A DNA stretch of 64,000 nucleotides from Amoebidium appalachense. Taxonomy: Eukaryota; Protista; Ichthyosporea. The notes below the pieces were generated by a model, which had not been told where the DNA came from, ran no database searches, and saw nothing but the letters and a program-made list of their open reading frames with translations. A program made the translations under genes and the position numbers. The DNA is taken from contig CAVNZM010000011.1 in NCBI GenBank assembly GCA_963693365.1, positions 3,912,139 to 3,976,138 of the forward strand, in the 5' to 3' direction. Positions 49,903 to 64,000 of this stretch are shown here, one piece after another. Within the stretch, counting starts at the first letter, position 1; each line of letters starts with the position of its first letter.

Positions 49903-51330
49903 CGCTACAACGTTGTGTTTTTTTCGTGTGACCCTCGTACTCCAGGGGCACATTCACCATCCCCCCCATAAACTCTGTGGTACATTTCTCGTGCTAGAAG
50001 CTGTTCTGTGGGTAGTTATCGAAAAAACCAATAATGCAGTAACACATGTACATATACTATGCTACAAGTGGGGTTCTATTCGAGCTACAACGTTGTGTTT
50101 TTTTCGTGTGACCCTCGTACTCCAGGGGCACATTCACCATCCCCCCCATAAACTGTGTGATAAATGTCTCGTGCTAGAAGCTGTTCTGTGGGTAGTTATC
50201 GAAAAAACCAATAATGTCTAGGTAACACATGTACATATACTATGCTACAAGGGGGGTTCTATACGAGCTACAACGTTGTGTTTTTTTCGTGTGACCCTCG
50301 TAGTCCAGGGGCACATTCACCATCCCCCTAATAAACGTTTGGTTATATTTCTCGTGCTAGAGGCTGTTCTGTGGGTAGTTATTGAAAAACCCAAAAATGT
50401 CTAGGTAACACATGGACATATACTATGCTACAAGGGGGGTTCTATACGAGCTACAACGTTGTGTTTTTTTCGTGTGACCCTCGTACTCCAAGGGCACATT
50501 CACCATCCCCCCCATAAACTGTGTGGTAAATGTCTCGTGCTAGAAGCTGTTCTGTGGGTAGTTATCGAAAAACCAATAATGTGTAAGTAACACATGTACA
50601 TATATTATCAGCTACAAGGGGGGTTCTATTCGAGCTACAACGTTGTGTTTTTTTTGTGTGACCCTCGTACTCCAGGGGCACATTCACCATCCCCCCCCCA
50701 TAAACTGTGTGGTAAATGTCTCGTGCTAGAAGCTGTTCTGTGGGTAGTTATTGAAAAAACCAATAATGTCTAGGTAACACATATACATATATTATGCTAC
50801 AAGGGGGGTTCTATTCGAGCTACAACGTTGTGTTTTTTTCGTGTGACCCTCGTACTCCAGGGGCACATTCACTATCCCCCCCATAAACTTTGTGGTAAAT
50901 TTCTCGTGCGAGAGGCTGTTCTGTGGGTAGTTATTGAAAAAACCAATAATGTGTAAGTAACACATGTACATATATTATGCTACAAGGGGGGTTCTATTTG
51001 AGCTACAACGTTGTGTTTTTTTCGTGTGACCCTCGTACTCCAGGGGCACATTAACCATCCCCCCCATAAACTGTGTGGTAAATGTCTCGTGCTAGAAGCT
51101 GTTCTGTGGGTAGTTATTGAAAAAACCAATAATGTGTAAGTAACACATGTACATATACTATGATACAAGGGGGGTTCTATTCGAGCTACAACGTTGTGTT
51201 TTTTTCGTGTGGCCCTCGTACTCCAAGGGCACATTCACCATCTCCCCTTATAATTTGTGGTGAATTTATCGTGCTAGAAGCTACTCTGTGGGTAGTTAGT
51301 GAAAAAACCCGATGCTTATAAGTAACGCAT
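49903..51330. repeat. ~183-bp tandem satellite, ~8 copies
   Basis: GCTACAACGTTGTGTTTTTT recurs at ~49903, 50083, 50266, 50450, 50633, 50819, 51002, 51185. Confidence 0.95.
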
Positions 51331-51555
51331 GCACAAATTGTCATCATAGCATTACACTACCATAGTAGTTGGTCGACAATAACGATATATTGGGAATGTG
51401 GACACCATATTGTAAACCAAAAAATAATAACACCATAATATACTACACATACCTAACAATGTATTGTGAATGAATAAAATACTTGCTTACGTGCTGGTAA
51501 CATACGAGAAACAAGGATTCTCTCGCTCTTTTTTTCTTTCTTTTTTGTTTGTTTT

Positions 51556-51598
<43 letters not shown>

Positions 51599-51600
51599 AA

Positions 51601-51633
<33 letters not shown>

Positions 51634-51959
51634 CGTTTTGCAGATATATCGACTAGAGTCCCTCATCAGGGGACACATTCACAGTACTTTATTAAGATCG
51701 GCCTTCAAGGCCAAAAAAGCTCGATCTCGAGTAAGATTAGATAGCATTTTATGAGGCCGGCCAGGCCTTAAATACAAAAAGGAGAAAAAACAACACACAG
51801 CTAAACATAGATCTAATATTAGCTAAATCAATCGACACACTGGTACATTGCCTGGAGTAAACAGCATCTATCCCACTGGTACATGTACTGTCATCATCCA
51901 ACCAACACCCGTGTAGTACCTTTGTCAAGCGTTCCTACGATACTACATAAGAGAAGAGA

Positions 51960-54350
<2,391 letters not shown>

Positions 54351-54623
54351 TTACACTGGCAGCGTCCGTGGTGATGGGTTTGGGGGGGAAGGGGGTGAGG
54401 GGAGTGAGGGATGTTTCGAAGAAAGAAAAGTATTGCAAGTAACAAGGGGGCATAAAGACATAGGACTAAAACAAAATGGAGGGGGAGGAGGGGGGGGATG
54501 CTGTAAACTTTGATGCGTCTCGGGGACGTGTGTAGGGACTGCGAGTTCTCTTAGATTTGCATTTCAGAATTTTTACTCTGTTCCTCCAGGTTTTTTTAAT
54601 ATTTTTTTTAGGGTTGGGTTGGG

Positions 54624-54674
<51 letters not shown>

Positions 54675-56809
54675 GTCATTACTTTCCTGTATTATCCTTT
54701 ATGCTACTTCAAGTTTTATACCCTACCGCTTACACAGGATGTAGGCTGGTGAAAGGTTTAATGGTGGGACGTTCGGTGACGTTTGTACCACGGACCACGG
54801 GAACATCTTCCCCAGGAACAGTATTCAAAACAAAGAACTTTTATATTTTGAGGTGCTGAAAACGTGAGGACCACTTGTTATGGCCGTTGCCCTTCTCAAT
54901 CTTGGTACGGAAATGCACCCACATTATACTGCAAATGTATTGTATATGACGTGTGTATATCGTACAGGTACTGGTAGTATATTGATAGTACCTCCTACGT
55001 AATGATTTGTTCGCATTCGAACATACTGGCAGTATATACTGAGACTATAACCAATATATGGTGTCCTTAGCTGTGTCCGTATTGGTGACAGTATTATAGA
55101 TGTATTCGTGACATTGCCAATACCACTTGTGCCTTAGATATTCGCAATAGGATAAAAGTTTTCTTGCTATATCATGTTTATGTCCTACTAATATGGATGT
55201 GATATGGGTAGGATATGATCTACATAATGTCAGTATATGTCCACCCTAATACCACGGTATTAGCAATGTACTGCGCATACAAGGACTACACTCCGAACAT
55301 GTTTGTTGAACATGTGTTGGCAATACATTCACAATATTGCAACTACATAGGTAAAGTGACCTGTTCTTTCATCCCCAATATTGTACCAATATATTGGCAA
55401 TAAAATACACGCCCCATATTTTCGGTTGCTTTTACCTATTGATAATAGGTGCATAATAGTCTTGATATTGTGACGGATACATTGGCAATACATTTGGACC
55501 GTATTGAGACCCTATTATAAGCATATCACAACCCTATAACCAATAGCGACGTTATGTTTGTATCGGCCATATGGGACATATGTGTTGGGTATATTGCCAA
55601 TAACCCAAAATGGTCAGGAATAATACATTCATAATATATTGGCAATAGTCTTGCCACGTTGGACAATACTATAATTTGACACAAAATTATCCTACATTTT
55701 ATATATTCATAACTTATTGACAATACTCCGCAAGCAATAGTATAATACCGAATAAATACATTGACAATATCGAAATTGTATTGTTAATAGGCACACGTAC
55801 ACGCGTTTTGAGATATTGCCAGTACATTACTCATACGGTATATAGTTATTGGTGGTAGACCCGGCATGGTATGACAATAATATCAAAATATGTTGCCGAT
55901 ATTACGTCAATATTACAGTTCTATTACACTTCTATAGCGTCTCTACCACAGAAAATCTCTACTCGCAATACATTGGCAATGGATAATTGATATTACTTCA
56001 GTATTAATTTGGTATTTTTACGATATTGGCAATAGATAATAGCCTCACAATATTGGCAATACCGCCGGGAAGTTTGCTGATGGATCCACCCACTCAGGGA
56101 GAGACGTGTACATGTTCGTGTGTACATAAATATTTCTGGTTATAGTTATGCTATTGCTATCTTGTTTGTTGATCTGTGCTCTCTTTTCCTTCCTCTTTCT
56201 CCTTCCTTATTTTCTTTTCTTTCTCTCTTTGTCTTCATGTGTATAATCGTATTTCTTTTCTACTAATATATGTTAGGTAGATTTGTGTTACTTAATACGT
56301 GTTCATTGGACGGTAACACACTTAGGCTACACTTAGAATAGCATGTGTGTTTAGACTTCATTAATTTACTTTAGTTTTCATGTGTTGCCGGGCTTTAACC
56401 AATCATCAAGGTTAAGTGTGATATGTCTGAGTCTTTGCAGTATGTCATAGGTTAGAACTTCCTTGATGATGACACGAGTTGACCTTAACTAGTGTCTGTG
56501 TCCTATCGTGTGCGTCTCCGCGTACCGGATCTCTCTGAAAGCAATTGGTTCTTAGTGATTGGTTTCTATTAGAGATAGATCTGATTTCCGACTGGTCGGA
56601 AATCATGTATGGATTGGACTTAGAGGAATTTCAGGTATTTATTCGAAGATCAGAATAAATTCAGTTCAGTCGTGTCTAAACATTGATGTCTGTTGTGTAC
56701 ACTGCTCCGATCGTTCCGTGTTTTGTTGTTGTGTGTGTCTGTGGTGTTTTTACACTGCACCACTGTGTCTCTGCTTTCATCCCAAATACTTATACAATTT
56801 AACATGCCA

Positions 56810-58236
56810 ACATCATTCGTTTCAAGTGGATTGTGACGGAGAAGGTGCTCAACTCTGCCGGGGCTACCAAGATCAAGGGTCGACTCGTGTGGCCAAAGGC
56901 TTCACCCAGGTGTATGGAGTCGACTACGGTGACAACTCTTCCCCAGTTGTCATGTCATCATCCGTCCGTGCCCTGCTTGCTCTCGGTGTGCAGCAGGACC
57001 ATGAGATTCATCAACTCGACATCAGCACTGCCTTCCTCAACAGCCCCCTCGACGAGACTCTGTACATGGAGCAGCCTCCCGGTTTCATCCTCCCCGGCAA
57101 CGAACACAAGGTGTGGAAACTCAAGAAGGCTCTCTACGGACTCAAGCAGGCTTCCCTGGCTTGGTACCAGTTCTTCGACTCCATCCTGATAGCCCACGGC
57201 CTCAAACGTCTCCGTTCCGACCCGTGTGTGTACGTGCTCATCTTTCCCAACGGTGACATCATCCGTTCTGGCAACTACGTCGATGATGCAATCATCACCT
57301 GTACCAGGCACTCCGACCTCGTCACCAAGCTCGTCCAACACATCATGAAGTCTGCTGAGTGTAAGATTGATCTACCAGACATCTTCCTCTGCACCCAGCT
57401 GCTTCACACTCCCGGCTCCCTCAAGTTGCTGCAGGCTGCATACATCAAGGACATCATCACCGACTTCAACCTCACCGACGCCAAGCCCAAAGCCACCCCC
57501 ATTCCCGTCGGTACCGTCATCATCAACGAGGACTCCCTTGCCTCCCTGCCAACCACCGTTCCCTACCGTGAACTACTCGGCCGTCTACTCTGGGTTGCTC
57601 GGTGCTCCCGGCCAGACATCTCCTATGCCATTGGCTACCTCGGTCGGTTCAGCTCCAAGCCCACCAAAACTGCCTGGGAACTTCTCCTCCGTGTGGTTCG
57701 TTACCTCATCGGTACCATCAACCTCGGCCTTCACTACATCAAGCAGGCCCCCACCAGCAAAGCACCCATCCTTGAGTGCTACTCAGATGCTGACTTTGCT
57801 GGCTGCCCCACCACCCGTCGGTCTACCTCCGGCTACGTCATCCTCATCCAGGGCACCCCCGTCACCTTCCACTCCAAGTTGCAGACGATTACGGCAACCT
57901 CCACCACCGAGGCCGAGCTCCTGGCTCTCAACTCTGCCGTACAGGATGTCGTCTGGCACCGTGACCTCCTCAAGGAGCTGGGCTACCCTATGCACGAGCC
58001 AACCCCCGTCTACTGTGACAACCAGTCAACCATTGCCCTCGTACACTCCAACACCATCAAGCACCGGACTAAACACATTGCTGTTCGGTACTTCAACACT
58101 AAAAGATTACATCAACAGTGGGGACGTCACCGTCACCTACGTCGACACCAAGAAGAACCTGGCCGACATCTTCACCAAGCCTCTGGCTGGTCCGGCCCAT
58201 GAGGCACACTGTGCCCACCTCAGCCTCCGTGACTGA
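56810..58236 (+). pseudogene. pol: Copia-1 RT / RNase H (frameshifts near 56890 and 58100)
   Basis: AKGFTQ, LDISTAFLN, LKKALYGLKQ, YVDD, YSDADFAG, KHIAVRY, LADIFTKPL. Confidence 0.92.
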
Positions 58237-58652
58237 CTTTATTTCCGTCGATTTTCAGTGGGGATTACGTCTCTTTAGTATTAGATGTTTCCTTTGCTCA
58301 TACTCGTCAGTGGGGACTATATCTCTTGGAATTATTTATTTAATTATTTAATTATTTATTTAATTCTTTCTGGTCCTAATAACGGTATTAATCGTTTCAT
58401 CATAATTTATATATCTTCACCACCATAACTGCTATTTTCACAACCTATTACTTTATTATCTCAGTGTGTGACCTCGAGGCAACCGTCGTCGTGTGCCTCC
58501 TCTTCTTCCCGGTTTTGTCTTCTTCTTCCCACATCAAGGATTTTCGGTTTGCATCCTCGAGTGGGGAGACTTCTGTGTGACGGCCCCGTGTGTTCCATCT
58601 ACCGTCACATCAACAGACACGAGAACACAAACTTCAACCCCTTGAGTGGGGA

Positions 58653-59540
58653 TGTTGAAATAGACATAGACAGCAAGAGTTTGAAGTATGTATGTGTCTT
58701 AGCTTTGTTTGTATTCGTGTCTGCTTTTCTCTTTGTGCTTTTGGTCTTTTCTCTCTCTCTCTCTCCCCCCCCCCCCCCCCCCCCCCCGTATCTCTCTCTC
58801 TCCCTCCCGTGTTCCTGTGTGCATAGATATCTTGAGATCTGGGCACACCTGGCTCACTTGCCTGATAAGAACTTATTGTATTCCATTTCTGTTTGCTCTC
58901 CTCAGTTTTTCTGAATAGTAGCGTGATTGGTTAGCTATAGTCGTTGTCTTTGTGCTTTTGTTCAAGCAGTGATAGCTCACCAATAGACGCGAGTAAGTAC
59001 ACTCGTAGATTGTGTTGTGCATTCCTGTTCAGTACGTTTAATCATAGACGTGTTATGATTGGACATTTTGTTTCTGTATGGTATGTGTCTCGAGATAAGA
59101 TATCTTCTCTCTAAAGAGTGTCATCTATTAGGAAACATATGTATTTAGACGAGTTTCTTTATAGAGACAAGTATAAATATATATTTGAATTGATAGTGAC
59201 AAGTTGTCTGTATTACTTAATTTATTTAAGTAGTGTTTTGAGACTTCTGCTGGGTCAGAAGGTAGAATAGCGTATGCTATAGTGGAATGTAGTTCTCTAT
59301 CATTCGGAAGAGCTGATTGGTTCCTTTTCTGTATTTTTGATAAGATGAATATTTGGCCCGGTACAAAAGGGCTCGAGAGAGATCAATAAACTTCAGTTGT
59401 TGTTTCAAAATCTTTCATGTATCGTCAACAACTCCGATTGCCCTCTCATTATTGTGTTGGTCGTGTTTCTACATGACACCTCTGTGCACTCTGCTTGCCG
59501 TAGACATAAGTATAGTCCCGTAGAATTATACAAAATAACA
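58653..59540 (+). repeat. Copia-1 3' LTR (888 bp)
   Basis: Follows the PPT; followed by TSD ACGTG. Confidence 0.95.
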
Positions 59541-60164
59541 ACGTGTGTGTACGTGTGTATGTGGGGGGAGGAGGGGAGGGGGGGGGGGGAGGGGGGAAGG
59601 GTGAATGTGTGTGTGTGGGTGTGGGTGTGTTTGGGGGCAGCAGTGGAGGGGGGTGGGGGGTGTTTGGGTGGGTGGGTGGGCGGGTGTATTTGGGAGGATT
59701 TGGGAGGCGGGGGAAGGGGGAGGGGGGGGGGAGGAAGAGGGGTGGGGAAAGGAAGGGGGTGGGGTTGGGGTTGGGGTTGGGGGGGGGGGGGGGGGGGGAG
59801 GGCAGGTATGAGTGCGTGATGACTTTTACCACTGAAGATTTTCATGGCAGTAGTGTTGGAAGGTTGAAGAGGAGGGAGGGATGGCGGGAGGAGAGGGGGG
59901 GGGGGGGGGGGGGGGGGGGGTGAGCTATCAAAGAATCCAAAAGCTAGGGGGTGATACTTACAAACAGTAACCAGGGGGGGGGGGGGGGGGGGAGGGGGAG
60001 AGGGGATGAGCTGACTTATTTAAGTCAGATCAAGCAGTGTGCCACAGACCAGCAAAATCAGCAGCCATACAAAATATTTACTCACCCCACCCCCACACCC
60101 CCGGGCTCCCCACCACGTTCTCCCCCCCGCCTCCTCCCCCACCCTGGGCAAATCTCTTCCCCCC

Positions 60165-60237
<73 letters not shown>

Positions 60238-60755
60238 AGCTTATCAGCGACGTATTCCGGCTCGAGCATGGGCAGAATGAGGGGGAACTTGAACCTCGTC
60301 TTAGCACCATCAAACATGCTGGTGTTGATGTGGGGGGGACACACCACAGTGGTGCGCACACCGAAAATGCCTAATTTCTTGATTTCAAGGTGGATGCTTT
60401 CCATTAGACCCACCGCACCAAACTTGGAGGCGCAGTAGTCAACTAGGCCACTGTGGAAACGTGTGGGCGAGTTAGAAAAAAATGGGGATAGAAAAGATAG
60501 AGGAAAAAAGGGAAAGAAAACACACACACATACCCTCACACACACACGAACAGATGATCGTGCTTTGTCTCATCTTCCCCTTGCCTTTCCTCCCCTGCTT
60601 CCCAAGCACACGCAGGTATAACTGTAAAGAAAAACACTAACAACCACACACGCCCACACGCACACGCGTGCAGGCAGGCGGGCATGGGCACACACAACCA
60701 TCAGTCCACACACACACACACTCACACATAGACATGCACACACACACACACAGAC

Positions 60756-60810
<55 letters not shown>

Positions 60811-60841
60811 GCGGGCGCGCGCGCGTGCGCGTTTTTTTTTA

Positions 60842-60902
<61 letters not shown>

Positions 60903-61973
60903 CTACACGTACGCTGTGCCCAGGATGCCTGCAGCCGATGCCACGCCCACAATGTGGCCGCTGTGTCTCTCCAACATGCCAGGAAGGAATGCCTTGATCG
61001 TCCAGAAGTGCGCTGTGTGTGTGCGTGTTTTTTTTTTTTTTTTTTTTTTCCTGGGGGGGGAGGGGAGGGGGGGGGGGGGGTTTGCCGGTATTGGTGGTAG
61101 TGATGGTGGTGGTGGAAGGGGAGGTGGGGAGGGGAGGTGGGGGTGGGATGGAGTGGGGGTGGGGGGTTGTGGGGGTTGGGATGGAGGACGTCAGAATCAT
61201 AATAGAGCCTGGACTTACCCGAAGGATGTCAGAAATTTGAGCTTCCCTAAAAACACTGGATTAGAAGGCTGCCAAAGGGAACAAGCTATGGGAGTAAAGG
61301 TGGGGTGGGAGGATGGTAGGGGTGTGCAAGGTAAGCAGGAAACAGAAGCCGCCCTGCCCGAGAAAGGGGAAGATGCGGGGGGGGAAGGGGGAGGGGGTGG
61401 GGGTGGGGGGGACTATTCAGGCTGGTTGAGCTTTAAGGTCTGTGTGTGTGAGGGTAGTGGTCTCCCATCCGGATGCAGCAGGTATTATGTGGACAGGGGC
61501 GGGGGAGGCATAAGTACCGGTGGTGTTGACATCCATCGGCTTCTGGGCAAGACCGTCGGGGACGTCCAGAATTTTCTTGCCACTGACTATGCCGGCATTG
61601 TTGATCTGCATTTAAAGTGGTTTAAAGTTTTAATGTCAGAAGACTATTGGTGCACGTACTGTATTCTACACATCGTTGGCCTGTGTCCTGTTTTTTTAAA
61701 AGAAGCACAGAATCCCTGCGCCAACTAATACTACGGCATCCACCCGCCGGTACACACACACACACACACTCGCTCCTCCTTCCCCCCTCCACAAACACAC
61801 ACACTACCCTCCCCCACCATCCCCCCCCCTCCCCCCCCCAACACACACAAACACACACGGGCACACACTCCCTGCCCTCCTCCTCCCCCAAAACATGCGC
61901 ATGCACGACACACTCCCCCCCCCCCCCCCCCCAAAAAAAAAAAAAAAAAAAAAAAAACACACACACGCTCGCC

Positions 61974-62025
<52 letters not shown>

Positions 62026-62465
62026 CTCCCCCCCCCCCTCCCCCCTCCCCCCTCACACACACACACACACACATACCAGGATGTCGACGGGGCCGACCTC
62101 CTCCTTGATCTGATTGGCCAGACGAAAGATTTGTCTCCCGATCGCTCACATCCGATTGGTAGGCCTCGGGCCTGCCCCCCGGCCTCGATGATCTCGGCTG
62201 CAACCTTCTGGGCACTCTGGAAAAAAAAAAAAAGAAAGAAAGAAAGAAAGAAGAGAAATAATTATAATAATAATAATAATAATAAAAAGGGTGAGTGGGT
62301 GCCCATTAAAGAGACCAATTCCCAAAACCACAAATTGGGTCTGCTGCCTGCCAACACCCCCCCCCCCCCTCCCCCCCCCCCCCCCCCTCCCCACCCACCT
62401 CCCCTCCCCTCCCCCTCCTTCCCCCCTCGCCCGCGCAAAATAAAAAATAAAAATAAAAAAAAGCA

Positions 62466-62630
<165 letters not shown>

Positions 62631-63120
62631 AAGAAAGAAAGGGACTTAAACCACATGCATGCACTCGCACAGACTGCACCACATCCGCAAACACCACCTT
62701 GCACCGACACAACATACACTGTACAATACAAGCACACACACCTGGCACATACAAACACACACCACAAAAACCACGCACATACACAAGCCCCCCTTCCCCC
62801 TCCCCTTTCCCCCCCCCCCCCCCCCGCACACGCATCCGTGTCCACGCATGTGCACACTGTACACACACACGCACACACACACGCACACACACACGCACAC
62901 ACACACACACACACCTCCAGGGACAGGTCCCATAGCAGCACGTACTACCCCAACTTAGCCAACTTGAGAGACATCAGCTGCCCAATGCCCGATCCGGCAC
63001 CCGTAATCACCACAATCTTGCCAATGAGATCCTTTATTTTTTTTTTTTTTTTTTTTTTTTTTTTGGGGGGGGGAGGGGAGAGAGAGGGGGGGGGGGGCAG
63101 TGAAAGGGGAGGGATGGGGT

Positions 63121-63162
<42 letters not shown>

Positions 63163-64000
63163 TGGTGTGCTTGTGTGCGTGTGTGTGTATGCTTGTGTGC
63201 ATGCGTGTGTGCATGTCAGTGTGCATAGGTGTGCGTGTGTGTGTGTAGGTATGTGTGTGGGTTGTCTGTGTGTGTGCGCGCACACACACACACAGTGGGT
63301 GGGTGGGTGGGTGGGTGGTTTTTGGTGTGTGTGGGTGGTGGTGGTGGTGGCGGGTTGGGGGAGTGTTGGGGGAAGAGATCAAAGGTGATAAGGTAGGCCC
63401 TGTTTTTTTTGTTTTCTGTCTGCTTTTTCAGTTTTCTGGGTGTTTCAGGCAATATCTGAGGGCCAAGAGACTGAATGAATGGGGTATTGAATGTGGGGTT
63501 TAAATGGTATTTCTACTTGTATACTTAGGGTATCTCTGTTTTGCGCTTGAGTCAGTGGCCTTGAAAACAATGAGTCCCATGCACGTATGTACTTTCTTGT
63601 CATCACAGACCGACAATAAACCTGAAAAATGTTAGCAAAAACAATTGCTCAAGTTTGCTTGTTTTTTACATATCGGAGACCAGGTACGCACCTGCAGCCA
63701 AATGTTATCGTGTGGCCGCACCTTCCCTAAACGAAAAATGTGGGATTGCTATGATAGACAGGTGCTGAATATGGAAACGGAGTGGTTTTACCACTTCTAA
63801 GTTTTAGTTAGATTGCTAGTCCCCTTCAAATGTTGCCTCGATTTCAATGTATTCATTCACACAACCTTGCACGAAAGTGATTCATTACTTCCGCCGCTAA
63901 ATTTGTACCTCGGTTCATATGCTCCCACGTGTTGGCGTGCTAGCTTGGGTGATCATGAAGAAACAAAAGGCAAAGATTTGGCCTCCCTCTTTTCATGTAT

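Noticed and set aside
62945-62947. UAG reassignment (in-frame TAG here, at 26820 and at gag ends)
   Set aside because: Long ORFs such as the transposase and integrase contain no internal TAG, and TAG is used as a normal stop

Overview
Eukaryotic genomic window (spliceosomal GT-AG introns rich in CA/GT microsatellites and G/C homopolymers), almost entirely mobile DNA. Left to right: (1) 5' half of a minus-strand Ty3/Gypsy element (1-~6055). (2) A ~7 kb block of compact intronless orphan ORFs with TATA/CCAAT/AATAAA signals, tandem repeats and a phage-type HNH-AP2 gene; after removing a P element it ends in ACTACT at 19806, so it may be the arm of an endogenous Polinton-like virus. (3) An intron-containing THAP/P-element transposon (13223-19640, 34-bp TIRs, 7-bp TSD) carrying a solo LTR. 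(4) A minus-strand SDR16C-like dehydrogenase gene whose last intron (~21205-60239) is inflated to 39 kb by a nest: Copia-1 > chromo-Gypsy > Ngaro-type YR retroelement > Copia-2, plus an LTR+PBS fragment and a solo LTR containing a CACTA-like non-autonomous element with a ~183-bp satellite. Boundaries were read by eye from TSDs, terminal repeats and restoration of interrupted reading frames. Many frameshifts sit in homopolymers and may be assembly errors. No database searches were run.
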